The position numbers and the translations under genes are program-made. A stretch of 59,972 nucleotides of DNA. Source: Ilumatobacteraceae bacterium (GTDB lineage: Bacteria; Actinomycetota; Acidimicrobiia; Acidimicrobiales; Ilumatobacteraceae). Shown piece after piece: positions 10,239 to 20,543 of this stretch (the stretch's first letter is position 1; every line of letters begins with the position of its first letter). The notes beneath the pieces were generated by a model. It was not told the origin of the DNA, searched no databases, and worked only from the letters and a program-made list of their open reading frames with translations. The stretch spans positions 1-59,972 of the forward strand of contig JALRBT010000001.1 of assembly GCA_023262255.1 (NCBI GenBank). The letters are read 5' to 3'.

Positions 10239-12390
10239 CCAGTGCGCTGCTCACCAGGCACATGGGGTTTCGCAATCGGGTCGATGCGGCCGCGACGTTC
10301 GAGGCGGTGTCGAGCGGATCGGCCGGCACCACTTCGTCCACCCGCCATTTCCCGCTCAGCGCCAGGAAGATGCACTTGACGACCGGGGCGGCGGCCGTGG
10401 CTCCGTATCCAGACTTCTCGAGGTACGCAAAGGCACTGTACGGCTCGGTGGCATCGAGGCTGAAGGCACCGAACGCCGACGAGTCGTTCCACGGCAGGTT
10501 GTTGAAACCCTGGGCGGTACCCGTCTTACCGGCGATTGGGACACCGGTGTAGTTGCGAAACAGGTTTTCGCCCGTGGTCTTGTGGTAGTAGTCGAACGTG
10601 ACGCCCGGACCGGTGATGACGCGTCGCAGACCGTTCACGATGGGGTCGCGCACGTCCGACGGAAGCGGAACCTTCGTCTTTGCCGACTGGGCACTCACAC
10701 GTTGACTCACCGAGGCGGTCTGCAAGTCGGCCAGACCCGACGTCTTGTTGCGGGTTCCTGGTTGCAACACTGACCGCACCACCCGGGGCTCGCGCAACGT
10801 GCCACCGTTGGCCAGCGTTGCGTAGGCGTTCGCCACCTGCAGGGGTGTTGCCGACAGCAGGCCCTGTCCGATCGCGAACAACACGTTGTCGCCCACGTAA
10901 TAGGCGCGACCGGCATCCTCGGCAATCACACCACGATCGGCAAGGTAACGCTTGTAGGCGGCATTCGGAATGGTGCCCGCATATTCGAATGGAAGGTCCA
11001 CGTTGGTTGGTGAACCGAACCCGAATCGCCGCACCTCCTCTTCCAGGACCGCGCGATAGCCACGTTCGGTGAGGATTTGCTCGCCGATCTTGTAGAAGAA
11101 TGCATCACTCGACACCGCCAGGGCTGTCTCGACATTGACCTTTCCGTAACGACAGGGTGCCCCGGTTGCCCGACACACCGCATTTCGAAACACGCATTTG
11201 ACACCCTGGTCGCACCGCTCCTTGGGGATGCTCTCCAGTTTGTAGGTACCGCGATCGTCGAATTGATAGTCGACTCCCCCCGGCAGTTGCCCCGAGTGCA
11301 GTGCCGCATACGCCACGAAGGGCTTGAAGCTGGAGCCCAGGTTGTACCTGCCCGACACCGCGCGATTCACCAGGATCGAGAGGTCGGGATCGTCGGTTGG
11401 TGGAAACACCTGCGCGAACTTCTCGGCATCGACGTTGGCGGTGAACCATCGCCCGTCGAATCGCGGGTACGACGCCATCGCCGCTATCTCACCGGTGTTG
11501 TGGTTCATCACCACGACGGAGCCGGCCGGAGCCTTGTAGTAGTTCACCTCGTCGTACTGAGGATCGGGAAGTCCGTCGGGCGAGAACACCTGTGGTGCTT
11601 CGTTTCGCTGACGAACCAGAAGCTGGGTTTCCAGAGCTTGCTCTGCGAACTGTTGCACCTTCCAGTCGATACTCAGTTGTAGATCGCGTCCGGGCTGGGA
11701 TTCGACACGCTCCAAGACTCGCTTGATTCTTCCGACGGCATCAACTTCGTAGCGGATGTATCCGGGAACACCTCGTAGATCCACCTCGTACGTGAGTTCC
11801 ACGCCGTACAGGCCAACCCTCTCGTTGGGGTCGTAACCCAGCGACTTGTAATACGCCGAAGAATCCTTCTGAATGGCACCGAGAAACCCCAGCACGTGAC
11901 TACCGATGGCACCGTACGGATAGATCCGTCGCCAATCCTCCTTCACGACCACCCCGGGGTAATCCTCGATGCGCTCCATGATGAACGCCGCCTGCTCCTC
12001 GGAAATGTCGAAGGCCAACGGCATCTCCGTGAGCTGGTCGTACCGCTTGTCGTCGGCGCGGGTGTACAAACGTTCGACCGGTGTATTGAGCGGCCCGGAC
12101 AACCGCTGGAACATCTCCAATCGATCCTGCGGATCGGCGATGACCCGCCTGTCGATGGTGGCAACGAGCACCCGCTTGTTGTCGGCGACCACGCGACCGT
12201 TCACGTCGAAAATACGTCCACGCTCAGGAATCAGCTTCACCACGCGGGATTGCACCCGCTGGATGATGCGCTCGGTCTCTTCTTTCGTGACTGCCTGCAG
12301 GAACCACACCCGTGTCAACAACAACGCCAGGAGCACGATGGCAAAGCCACCAAGCGCGGTCCAACGACGTTGTTGACTATCGCCGGCCAA
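10225..12390 (-). CDS. mrdA: penicillin-binding protein 2 (class B transpeptidase)
   Basis: N-terminal TM segment, SxxK motif GSSFKP, and KTG motif AGKTGTAQ. It sits between mreD and rodA. Confidence 0.9.
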   Translation of the reverse strand: MAGDSQQRRWTALGGFAIVLLALLLTRVWFLQAVTKEETERIIQRVQSRVVKLIPERGRIFDVNGRVVADNKRVLVATIDRRVIADPQDRLEMFQRLSGPLNTPVERLYTRADDKRYDQLTEMPLAFDISEEQAAFIMERIEDYPGVVVKEDWRRIYPYGAIGSHVLGFLGAIQKDSSAYYKSLGYDPNERVGLYGVELTYEVDLRGVPGYIRYEVDAVGRIKRVLERVESQPGRDLQLSIDWKVQQFAEQALETQLLVRQRNEAPQVFSPDGLPDPQYDEVNYYKAPAGSVVVMNHNTGEIAAMASYPRFDGRWFTANVDAEKFAQVFPPTDDPDLSILVNRAVSGRYNLGSSFKPFVAYAALHSGQLPGGVDYQFDDRGTYKLESIPKERCDQGVKCVFRNAVCRATGAPCRYGKVNVETALAVSSDAFFYKIGEQILTERGYRAVLEEEVRRFGFGSPTNVDLPFEYAGTIPNAAYKRYLADRGVIAEDAGRAYYVGDNVLFAIGQGLLSATPLQVANAYATLANGGTLREPRVVRSVLQPGTRNKTSGLADLQTASVSQRVSAQSAKTKVPLPSDVRDPIVNGLRRVITGPGVTFDYYHKTTGENLFRNYTGVPIAGKTGTAQGFNNLPWNDSSAFGAFSLDATEPYSAFAYLEKSGYGATAAAPVVKCIFLALSGKWRVDEVVPADPLDTASNVAAASTRLRNPMCLVSSALDARD

Positions 12391-12904
12391 TTGAGACCCT
12401 CTCCCGCAAGGTCCAGCGAGTCACCGGAATGAGCGGCGTGCAGAACACCAGTCCACCCACGAAGGTCACCAGCGCAACCACGGCCACCCGGGCCGTGAGC
12501 CAGCCCCCCAGGCCCACCACGGCTTTCACCAACGGCAACAACACCTCGCCCAGCGACGCTGCGACGCTCACGGCCAAGATTCGCAGCCACCACGTCGGAT
12601 CACGAAACGGCTGCAGCAACAGGGCCGCACCCGCGCCGACCGCACCGAGCACCAAACCCGATATTCCGAGCGGTGTCGCCAGAACGGCGTCGTACATGAG
12701 CCCACTCACGAGCCCCACGATGGCGCCGACGCGTGCATCGTGAACCGCACCGGCCACCGCGACGTAGATGGCGATTAGCTGCACGGAATATCCGAAGGGC
12801 CGAATCTCGCTGAACAACGTCGTTTGCAGCGACAACACCAACAACGTCACGAGGACCAACCTGAACCATCGACTGGCCACCACCTGCAACAATCGCCCCA
12901 GCAT
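12377..12904 (-). CDS. mreD: rod shape-determining protein MreD
   Basis: 175-aa polytopic membrane protein located between mreC and PBP2. Confidence 0.8.
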   Translation of the reverse strand: MLGRLLQVVASRWFRLVLVTLLVLSLQTTLFSEIRPFGYSVQLIAIYVAVAGAVHDARVGAIVGLVSGLMYDAVLATPLGISGLVLGAVGAGAALLLQPFRDPTWWLRILAVSVAASLGEVLLPLVKAVVGLGGWLTARVAVVALVTFVGGLVFCTPLIPVTRWTLRERVSIGRR

Positions 12905-12906
12905 GG

Positions 12907-13971
12907 CTACCTCCCCGTTTCCGTGATCGGCTGGTACAGCAGCACACGAAGGAACGAGAGATTGGACAAATTCGCGACCAATTCCACCTCCAACACCGGT
13001 CCGGCGGTACCCAACCGTTCCACCACGCGCGACACGACGCCGATAACGATGTCGGGTGGCGCCAAGCTGCGCGAACCACCCGCCGAAACGATGGGGGCAC
13101 CCACCTCGATGGCCTCGGCACGAGTGGTGGCATCGAGGAATCGCACGATCGGTTGAGATCCGGGTCCCCGACCTTCGAGAATTCCCGTCTCGCGAACCGA
13201 CAACTGACTGGCGATCGGCACGGTGATGTTGGACCCTCCACCGGAAACGATTTCCGCGGGAATGGTGGTGGCCGACGGAGTGAATCCGAGGATGGTCGTG
13301 GTGGTGGTCGTCGTCGACGACGTGGTACTGGTTTGGCTCGAATCGAGCACCGAGTCCACCGTTGGCGCATCCTCCGTCGGCAGTGGTGGAAGCGTGACAG
13401 GAGTCCGGCTCGATTTCGTCACCACCTTCACCGAGAGTGCATAATCCGGGTCGGACAGGAGCATGACCAGTGCACGATCGGCGAACACCTCCGTCACTTT
13501 GCCGATGAGACCGGCGGCGTTCAGCACCGGCATGCCCACCTTGATTCCCGAATTGCTTCCCTGATTGATCTCCACCGTCTGCGAGAAATTCGATGGAGTT
13601 TCACCGATCACCTGGGCGGTCACGGAGTTGATGCCCGCCAGGGTTGGCAGGCCGTTGAGTGCCAGCAACTCCTGCGAAAGACGAACGGATGCCGCGGCAG
13701 CAACCGCGGCTCCTTCCTGCAGCGCCACCTGCTCCTTCAACCGGTTGTTCTCCGCGACGACGTCGTCGTACGTGCGAAAGGAGTTCCAGGCGTCACTCAA
13801 CGGGCGCGTGACCACGCGGGACACGTTTTCCACCGGAGCGAACACCGTGTCGAATAGCCGGCGCACTCTGGACGTTGAGTTGGAGTCTCCGAGATCGAGC
13901 GTGATGAGGAACACCGATGCCAATGCCAACAACAGCACCGCCCTGGTGAGATTGGTTTTGCCTTGTGCCAC
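12907..13971 (-). CDS. mreC: rod shape-determining protein MreC (with a Thr/Ser-rich insertion)
   Basis: N-terminal TM segment, coiled region ENNRLKEQVALQE, and the conserved GMPVLNAAGLIGKVTEV. It lies after mreB. Confidence 0.9.
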   Translation of the reverse strand: MAQGKTNLTRAVLLLALASVFLITLDLGDSNSTSRVRRLFDTVFAPVENVSRVVTRPLSDAWNSFRTYDDVVAENNRLKEQVALQEGAAVAAAASVRLSQELLALNGLPTLAGINSVTAQVIGETPSNFSQTVEINQGSNSGIKVGMPVLNAAGLIGKVTEVFADRALVMLLSDPDYALSVKVVTKSSRTPVTLPPLPTEDAPTVDSVLDSSQTSTTSSTTTTTTTILGFTPSATTIPAEIVSGGGSNITVPIASQLSVRETGILEGRGPGSQPIVRFLDATTRAEAIEVGAPIVSAGGSRSLAPPDIVIGVVSRVVERLGTAGPVLEVELVANLSNLSFLRVLLYQPITETGR

Positions 13972-13989
13972 GATTCGACAACCGCCGAA

Positions 13990-15024
13990 TTACTCGTCGT
14001 CCGATTGCGCCGTAAGACCCTTCATCGCGTCCAGGTTCTCCAGCGTCAACCCGCCACCGAGCACCACCGACAACAATGGGTCCGGTGCTACCAACGTGTT
14101 GATGCCCGTCTCGTGGATGATCCGCTCGGTCAATCCCGTCAAGAGCGCACCTCCACCCGACAGGGTGATGCCGTTGCCGATCACGTCCGCTGCAAGTTCC
14201 GGTGGCGTCCGCTCGAGCGTGTTCTTGATGACATCGACGATGGTGGTTATCGGCACGTCGATCGCGGCGCGAATTTCCGTGGTCGTGACCTCCTGCGTGC
14301 GGGGCAATCCGGTGGTTACGTCTCGCCCACCGACGTCGGCGGTGAGTTCCTGCTCCAACGGCCACGCCGAACCCAACTGGATCTTCACGTCCTCGGCGGT
14401 GTTGTCACCGATGTCGAGATTGAACTCCTTCTTGAACATCGACACGATGGAATCGTTGATCTCGTCGCCCGCGACACGACATGAACTCGCGGTAACGATG
14501 CCCCCGAGCGAGATGACGGCCACCTCCGTGGTTCCTCCACCGATGTCGACGATGAGATTTGCGCTCGGCTCACTGACCGGTAGGCCCGCCCCGATGGCCG
14601 CGGCCATCGGTTCCTCGATCACGTACACCGGCCGACGAGCACCGGCGAATTCCGCTGCGTCCTGCACGGCGCGACGCTCCACCCCCGTGATCTCCGACGG
14701 GACACACACGATCATGCGTGGTTTGCTGAACCGACTCGTGTGCACCTGACGAATGAATTCCCGCAACATCTGCTCGCACAGGTCGAAATCGGCGATGACA
14801 CCGTCCTTCAGCGGTCGTACCACGCGAATGTTCCGGGGTGCCCGCCCCCACATGCGCTTGGCGTCGTGACCAACCGCGACCACCTGACCGGTGACGGTGT
14901 CGAGTGCGACGGTGCTGGGTTCGTCCAGCACGATGCCTTCACCCTTGATGTAGATGAGCGTGTTGGCGGTGCCGAGGTCGATCGCGATGTCACGCGTCAG
15001 TGAGATCGGATTGGTGCCGGCCAC
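13990..15024 (-). CDS. mreB: rod shape-determining protein MreB (actin-like ATPase)
   Basis: IAIDLGTANTLIY, VIEEPMAAAIGAG and DIGGGTTEVAV. Confidence 0.95.
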   Translation of the reverse strand: MAGTNPISLTRDIAIDLGTANTLIYIKGEGIVLDEPSTVALDTVTGQVVAVGHDAKRMWGRAPRNIRVVRPLKDGVIADFDLCEQMLREFIRQVHTSRFSKPRMIVCVPSEITGVERRAVQDAAEFAGARRPVYVIEEPMAAAIGAGLPVSEPSANLIVDIGGGTTEVAVISLGGIVTASSCRVAGDEINDSIVSMFKKEFNLDIGDNTAEDVKIQLGSAWPLEQELTADVGGRDVTTGLPRTQEVTTTEIRAAIDVPITTIVDVIKNTLERTPPELAADVIGNGITLSGGGALLTGLTERIIHETGINTLVAPDPLLSVVLGGGLTLENLDAMKGLTAQSDDE

Positions 15025-15033
15025 GTTGGTGCC

Positions 15034-15459
15034 TTAGAGCCCCGGAAAGAAGATCTGAATTTCCCTCTCGGCTGACGCCGCCGAGTCGCTTCCGTGTACG
15101 AGATTTTCGGTAAAGATCGTGCCGAGGTCGCCGCGGATGGTGCCCGGTGCAGCCGCGCGCGGATTCGTGGCACCCATCATTGCGCGAACGATCTCCCACG
15201 TGTCCTCGGGACCCTCCACCACCATTGCCACGACGGGTCCACGCGACATGAACGCCACCAGATCCGCATAGAAACCCTTGCCCTGGTGCTCGGCGTAGTG
15301 ATTGGCGAGCGTGTCGGAGTCCAACGTTCGCAGCTGCATGGCCGCGATACGAAGGCCCTTTCGCTCGAATCGGGAGATGATGTCCCCCACCAAGCGACGC
15401 TCGACGGCATCGGGTTTGAGCAGGACGAGGGTTCGCGTGTTTTCAGGGGCTTGGGGCAC
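15034..15459 (-). CDS. ndk: nucleoside diphosphate kinase
   Basis: RTLVLLKPDAV and the active-site NLVHGSDS. Confidence 0.95.
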   Translation of the reverse strand: MPQAPENTRTLVLLKPDAVERRLVGDIISRFERKGLRIAAMQLRTLDSDTLANHYAEHQGKGFYADLVAFMSRGPVVAMVVEGPEDTWEIVRAMMGATNPRAAAPGTIRGDLGTIFTENLVHGSDSAASAEREIQIFFPGL

Positions 15460-15474
15460 GCGCCAAGGCTACCG

Positions 15475-16833
15475 TTACGGCATCAGCTCACGGAGCACGG
15501 GTCGCGCGGCACCCACCACGTACAGCGACCCGGCGACCAGAAGCGCGTCCTCTGCTCGAAGTTGCCGATACGCGTATGCGAGCGCCTCGCTGACACCATC
15601 GGCAACGTGCACCGTGTCGCACCCGATTGCGCGAGCCGCAGTCGCTACATCGGTCGCCGAAGTACCGCGAGGTGTCGGTGCCGTGCAACACACCACGAGG
15701 TCGAATTCATCGGCGCGCAAGGCACCGAGCAGTTCGGCGGCGTCACGACTCTTCAGCATTCCGATCACCAGGACACGTCGACCGTCCACTTGGAAATCGT
15801 CGAAGAACACCTCTGCACACTTCTCGGCGCCGCCGACGTTGTGAGCACCGTCCACGACCACGAGCGGCTGTCGGCCAAGAACCTCGAAGCGCCCCGGCAT
15901 CGTCACCGCCGCCATGGCCTCTTCCAATACGTCGCGCGACAGTGACTGGTCGAAGAACTCCTCCACCGCGGCGATTGCAACCGCGGTGTTGTCACCCTGG
16001 TGGCTTCCATGCAGCGGAACGAACACGTCGTCGTACCTTGCACGCGTGGTACGAACGGAAAGGAGTCGGCCTCCCACCGCCAACTCGTTGCTCGACAACT
16101 CGAAGTGCTGGTTTCGAATCACGCGACGCGAACACGCGGCGGCCGCAAAGATCGACTCGAGGTCCTCGCGGGTCTCTCCCTGCAGAAAAACGCTGTCGGG
16201 CTTCACGATTCCCACTTTCTCGCGCGCAATGTGAGCGTGCGTCGGACCCGCGAACTCCGTGTGATCGAGCGACACGTTCGTGAGCACGGCGACGTCGCTT
16301 CGAACCACGTTGGTGGCATCCCAGCGTCCGAGGAGACCAACCTCGATGACGCCGACATCGATGGCGCTGTCGGCGAACCAGCGGAACGCCACGGCAGTCA
16401 TCACCTCGAAGTAACTTAGTCGCGTGCCGACCAAAGGCTCCAAGTCGGCAATCGCCAGCACGTTCTCGACCAGTTGATCGTCTCCGATCGGCTCACCGTT
16501 GATGCACATTCGTTCGTTCACGTGCTCCAGGTGCGGACTGGTGTACGTACCCACCTTCAGGCCGTGGGCCGTGAGCAACCGCGAGATCAATTGGGTGGTG
16601 GAACCCTTGCCGTTGGTACCAGTGACGTGGATCGTGCGGTAGGCAAGGTGCGGGTCTCCCAGCAATTGCACCAAACGTTCGATGTTCGCCGTGCTCGGTG
16701 ACTCAATGCGTCCCGTCTTTTCGTACACGGAGTGCGACTCGAGGAACGCGGTGGCGCGCGCCAGCGGTGACGAGATGTCCGACATTCCCGAGTCAGGCAC
16801 CTGGCGCCGCAGCGACGCTCGGGGGTCGGACAT
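15475..16833 (-). CDS. folC: bifunctional folylpolyglutamate synthase / dihydrofolate synthase
   Basis: Mur-ligase P-loop HVTGTNGKGST; 452 aa; folC-ndk-mreB order. Confidence 0.9.
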   Translation of the reverse strand: MSDPRASLRRQVPDSGMSDISSPLARATAFLESHSVYEKTGRIESPSTANIERLVQLLGDPHLAYRTIHVTGTNGKGSTTQLISRLLTAHGLKVGTYTSPHLEHVNERMCINGEPIGDDQLVENVLAIADLEPLVGTRLSYFEVMTAVAFRWFADSAIDVGVIEVGLLGRWDATNVVRSDVAVLTNVSLDHTEFAGPTHAHIAREKVGIVKPDSVFLQGETREDLESIFAAAACSRRVIRNQHFELSSNELAVGGRLLSVRTTRARYDDVFVPLHGSHQGDNTAVAIAAVEEFFDQSLSRDVLEEAMAAVTMPGRFEVLGRQPLVVVDGAHNVGGAEKCAEVFFDDFQVDGRRVLVIGMLKSRDAAELLGALRADEFDLVVCCTAPTPRGTSATDVATAARAIGCDTVHVADGVSEALAYAYRQLRAEDALLVAGSLYVVGAARPVLRELMP

Positions 16834-16875
16834 GACCTGAACGGTAGTTGGAACCCGTGCGCCGGCGACGCGTGA

Positions 16876-18153
16876 TTAGGAGGCGGCGCGCTTGGGCTTG
16901 TTGACTCGCGGCGACCGCGTGGTGATCTTCGGCGCGGCTCGCTCAGTGACGCAGTCGGCGTCGATGACCACCTTGGCCACATCGGTTCGACCGGGTAGGT
17001 CGTACATGGTGTCGAGGAGCACCTCTTCGAGGATGGCCCGAAGTCCGCGAGCTCCGGTACCGCGCGTGAGTGCAGCGTCGGCGATTGCCGCCAGAGCCTC
17101 ATCGGTCACGACGAGCTCGACGTCCTCGAACTCGAAGAACTTTTGGTACTGCTTCACCAGGGCGTTCTTCGGCTCGGTGAGGATTTGCACCAGCGCATCC
17201 TTCTTCAACGCATGCACCGCCCCGATCATCGGCAAACGTCCGACGAACTCCGGAATCATGCCGAACTTGAGCAGGTCTTCGGGTAACACCTGGGCAAAGA
17301 GGTCGCCGGGGTCGCGATCCTTCTTCGACTTCACCGTCGCGTGGAATCCCACACCCTTGTCGCCGAGTCGCGATCCGATGATCTGGTCGAGCCCAGCGAA
17401 CGCGCCGCCCACGATGAAGAGCACGTTGGTGGTGTCGATCTGGATGAACTCTTGATGTGGATGCTTGCGTCCGCCTTGTGGGGGCACCGACGCGACGGTT
17501 CCCTCAAGGATCTTGAGCAACGCCTGCTGGACACCTTCACCAGAGACATCGCGGGTGATCGAGGGATTCTCGCTCTTTCGCGCCACCTTGTCGATTTCGT
17601 CGATGTAGACGATGCCCATTTCGGCCCGCTTCACGTCGAAATCGGCGGCCTGCAGCAGTTTCAGCAGGATGTTCTCCACGTCCTCGCCCACGTAACCGGC
17701 TTCGGTCAGGGCCGTTGCATCCGCGATGGCGAACGGCACGTTCAACATGCGCGCCAGCGTCTGGGCCATGTGCGTCTTTCCGCAGCCGGTGGGCCCGAGC
17801 AACAAGATGTTGCTCTTCTGCAATTCCACCTCGTCGCGACGCAGCTTCTTGCTCTGCGAATACTTGATACGCCGATAATGGTTGAACACGGCAACCGCCA
17901 ACACTTTCTTGGCGGCATCCTGACCGATGACGAAGTCGTCGAGGAATGCGCGAATCTCGCGCGGAGTCGGAACGTTCTCGAGCCCGAGGCTCTTTGCATC
18001 GGCAACTTCGTCGTCGATGATCTCGTTGCAGAGGTCGATGCACTCGTTGCAGATGTAAACGGAAGGACCGGCAATCAGTTTCTTCACTTGCTTCTGCGTC
18101 TTGTTGCAGAACGTGCACTTCACGAGTTCCGCGGTGTCACCGAACTTGGCCAT
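16876..18153 (-). CDS. clpX: ATP-dependent Clp protease ATP-binding subunit ClpX
   Basis: Zn finger CTFCNKTQ...CNECIDLC, Walker A GPTGCGKT, and IVYIDEIDK. Confidence 0.95.
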   Translation of the reverse strand: MAKFGDTAELVKCTFCNKTQKQVKKLIAGPSVYICNECIDLCNEIIDDEVADAKSLGLENVPTPREIRAFLDDFVIGQDAAKKVLAVAVFNHYRRIKYSQSKKLRRDEVELQKSNILLLGPTGCGKTHMAQTLARMLNVPFAIADATALTEAGYVGEDVENILLKLLQAADFDVKRAEMGIVYIDEIDKVARKSENPSITRDVSGEGVQQALLKILEGTVASVPPQGGRKHPHQEFIQIDTTNVLFIVGGAFAGLDQIIGSRLGDKGVGFHATVKSKKDRDPGDLFAQVLPEDLLKFGMIPEFVGRLPMIGAVHALKKDALVQILTEPKNALVKQYQKFFEFEDVELVVTDEALAAIADAALTRGTGARGLRAILEEVLLDTMYDLPGRTDVAKVVIDADCVTERAAPKITTRSPRVNKPKRAAS

Positions 18154-18165
18154 GGTCTCCCCTCC

Positions 18166-18792
18166 TTATCGAATGGGTCCGCTGCGGTCGGCGAGTTGAC
18201 GGGTGGTGATGACCTCGTCGATCACACCGTACTCCTGCGCCTCTTTTGCCTCCATGACGAAATCGCGATCGGTATCGGCGTGCACCCGCTCGATGCTTTG
18301 CCCCGTGTGGTTGGCCAGGATGATCTCCAGTAGGTCGCGCATGCGCAAGATCTCGCGAGCGGCGATCTCCAGGTCGGTGACTTGCCCGTAGCCAACCTGG
18401 CCGTACGGCTGGTGCAACAGGATGCGGGCATGCGGCAACGCAAGACGCTTCCCCTTCGTGCCGGCGGCTAACAGCACCGCCGCAGCCGACGCAGCCTGAC
18501 CGAGACAAATCGTGGCGATGTCGTTCTTGATGAACTGCATCGTGTCGTAGATGGCGAACAGCGCCGTGATGTCGCCGCCGGGGCTATTGATGTAGATGTT
18601 GATGTCCTTGTCCGGGTTCTCGCTCTCCAGATGGATGAGCTGGGCGCAGATGAGGTTGGCGATGGTGTCGTCGATCGGCGTGCCGAGGAAGATGATGTTC
18701 TCCTTCAGCAGTCGGCTGTAGAGGTCGTACACGCGCTCGCCACGGCTGGTGGTCTCGGTGACGTTGGGAACGTAGTAGTTCGAAAAGTTCAT
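18166..18792 (-). CDS. clpP: ATP-dependent Clp protease proteolytic subunit
   Basis: [14 protein letters not shown] (catalytic Ser), ILLHQP (His), and DTDRDF. I placed the start at the ATG at 18792 ([11 protein letters not shown]); the longer ORF would overlap the tig 3' end. Confidence 0.9.
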   Translation of the reverse strand: MNFSNYYVPNVTETTSRGERVYDLYSRLLKENIIFLGTPIDDTIANLICAQLIHLESENPDKDINIYINSPGGDITALFAIYDTMQFIKNDIATICLGQAASAAAVLLAAGTKGKRLALPHARILLHQPYGQVGYGQVTDLEIAAREILRMRDLLEIILANHTGQSIERVHADTDRDFVMEAKEAQEYGVIDEVITTRQLADRSGPIR

Positions 18793-18799
18793 GGCCTGA

Positions 18800-20239
18800 T
18801 CATTCGTCGGGGGAATCGTCGACCACCGTACTGGTCGCCTCTTCGTTCGTGTTGGATTCACCACCCAAGTTCACGGAAGCACCCGTATCGGCCGTGGGAT
18901 CGATGTCCACGCCCGCATCCAACAACAGGTCCGTCGCTATCGGCTTTCCCTCGGTATCCACGTATGTGACCTGACGCACGAGCCACTCGAGGGCCTTCGA
19001 TTTTCGAATCTGCGCCTTGAGGTCGCCGATCGCGTCGTTCTTTTCGTAGAGGGAACGTACGCGCTTGACCTTCACGTTTGCGCGCACGGCGATGCGCTCG
19101 AGTTCCACGTTGACGTCGGCGTCGTCGGCCTCCATTTGCTCGTCGCTCGCGATGGCTCGCAACGCAAGGTCGACCCTGACCGCCTTTCGAGATTGCTCCC
19201 GCAGTTGCTCGATGAATTGCTCCTCGGATTGTCCGGTGATTTGCAGGAACTGGGCAATCGCGATGCCTTGACGCTGGAATGTGTCCACGGTGTTGCGCAC
19301 ACGCGAACGGAGATCGCCATCGACCATCGCCTCGGGCAGGTCGATGTCGACCAATTTCGCAAGTTCGTCGGTGACGCGATCCACCACCGAGTTGCGCGCC
19401 TGGTTGAGACGCGATTCATTCATACGATCGGCGATGGAACTGCGCCATTGGGCAACGGTGTCGAATTCGCCGAACGTATCCGACACCCACTGGTCGGTGG
19501 TCTCGGGTAGTTGCAACTCCTGCACCTTCACCACCTTGAGCGAGAAATCCGCTTCGTCTTCGTTGCCGTTGGGAACGGCGGTGAACTTCTTTTCGTCGCC
19601 GGCAGAGAGACCGACGAGCTCGTCGTCGAAACCCTGGGCCACCCAGCCGCGACCCACCTCGTACAACCACGCCTCGACGTTGAGACCCGGAACCGGCTCG
19701 CCATTTCGGGATGCCGAGAGGTCCAGCGTCACCTGATCGCCGGTGACGATCGGACGCGTCGCATCCACGAGGGTGCCGTGACGCTTGCGCTCATTGTCGA
19801 CGACCTCGTCGATCTCCCTCTCGGTCGACGTGATGCTCGACAGTTCCACGCGCAAGCCCGAGTAGCCGGCCACCGACACCACTGGACGGATTTCGAGTTC
19901 GCAATGAAACGAGATCGGTCCACTGACCTCCTCTGCACCGTGCACGTGGTCGACCTTCGGCGTGGCGATGATGTCGATGTCGTGCTGCTTGACCACTTCG
20001 GCGAGGTACTTGGGTACCGCATCCTCGATGGCTTGTGCACGTGCGGCGCGCTTGCCGTCCTCGCCGAGGTGGGCCTCGATGATGCGACGTGGCGCCTTAC
20101 CCGGACGGAATCCCGGGATCCGAACCTGTCGGGCGAGCTTGCGGTAGGCAACTTCGATGTCCTGATCGAACGCCACCTCGTCGACCGATACGTTGACCTT
20201 GACTTTGTTGCCCTCGAGCTGTTCAACCGTGCTTTGCAT
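18800..20239 (-). CDS. tig: trigger factor
   Basis: [19 protein letters not shown] and [16 protein letters not shown], with an acidic C-terminal tail. It lies upstream of clpP-clpX. Confidence 0.9.
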   Translation of the reverse strand: MQSTVEQLEGNKVKVNVSVDEVAFDQDIEVAYRKLARQVRIPGFRPGKAPRRIIEAHLGEDGKRAARAQAIEDAVPKYLAEVVKQHDIDIIATPKVDHVHGAEEVSGPISFHCELEIRPVVSVAGYSGLRVELSSITSTEREIDEVVDNERKRHGTLVDATRPIVTGDQVTLDLSASRNGEPVPGLNVEAWLYEVGRGWVAQGFDDELVGLSAGDEKKFTAVPNGNEDEADFSLKVVKVQELQLPETTDQWVSDTFGEFDTVAQWRSSIADRMNESRLNQARNSVVDRVTDELAKLVDIDLPEAMVDGDLRSRVRNTVDTFQRQGIAIAQFLQITGQSEEQFIEQLREQSRKAVRVDLALRAIASDEQMEADDADVNVELERIAVRANVKVKRVRSLYEKNDAIGDLKAQIRKSKALEWLVRQVTYVDTEGKPIATDLLLDAGVDIDPTADTGASVNLGGESNTNEEATSTVVDDSPDE

Positions 20240-20273
20240 GAAGGAAGAAGGCTACAAGTGCCATACTGAGGTG

Positions 20274-20543
20274 ATGCCTTTTTGGAAGCCACATTCCCTT
20301 GCCAAGCCCCACGAGGGTCAAATTGATTTGCGAATTGGCGACACGGTGGTGACCACGGTCGATCTTCCCGACGTGCCGGCCGGCAGCGAGGGTCGCGTGA
20401 TCCTGGCCAACGGCTTCCAGTGGCAGCGCTACTGGGTGCGATTCGCCGACGGAACCGAGGTGAGCGACTTGGATCATCGCCATCTTGCTCCGGTTGGACG
20501 CACGAAGAAGCGTCTCGCCAAACTCGCAAAACGCGGCAAGTGA
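20274..20543 (+). CDS. small hypothetical protein (89 aa, basic C-terminus)
   Basis: The ATG at 20274 is preceded by GAGGTG. GC3 is high. Its stop overlaps the next gene's start in GTGA (20540-20543). Confidence 0.55.
   Translation: MPFWKPHSLAKPHEGQIDLRIGDTVVTTVDLPDVPAGSEGRVILANGFQWQRYWVRFADGTEVSDLDHRHLAPVGRTKKRLAKLAKRGK

Noticed and set aside
13565-14749. 394-aa plus-strand ORF opposite mreC/mreB, and similar long shadow ORFs (690-1739, 15094-15945, 17341-18333, 39520-40890, 42289-43416, 54645-55814)
   Set aside because: All overlap, on the opposite strand, genes with strong family signatures. They have compositionally biased translations and show no start or RBS logic.
18793-18864. N-terminal extensions suggested by the longest-ORF track for clpP. 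The same applies to def 4868-4942, the PLP enzyme 20420-20539, the 27683 and 26775 ORFs, the second YeeE-family gene (ORF-track start 44954) and 52162-52272.
   Set aside because: The extensions overlap neighbouring genes or are Arg/Pro-rich. They also precede internal starts that give canonical N-termini, signal peptides or 4-nt coupling overlaps.
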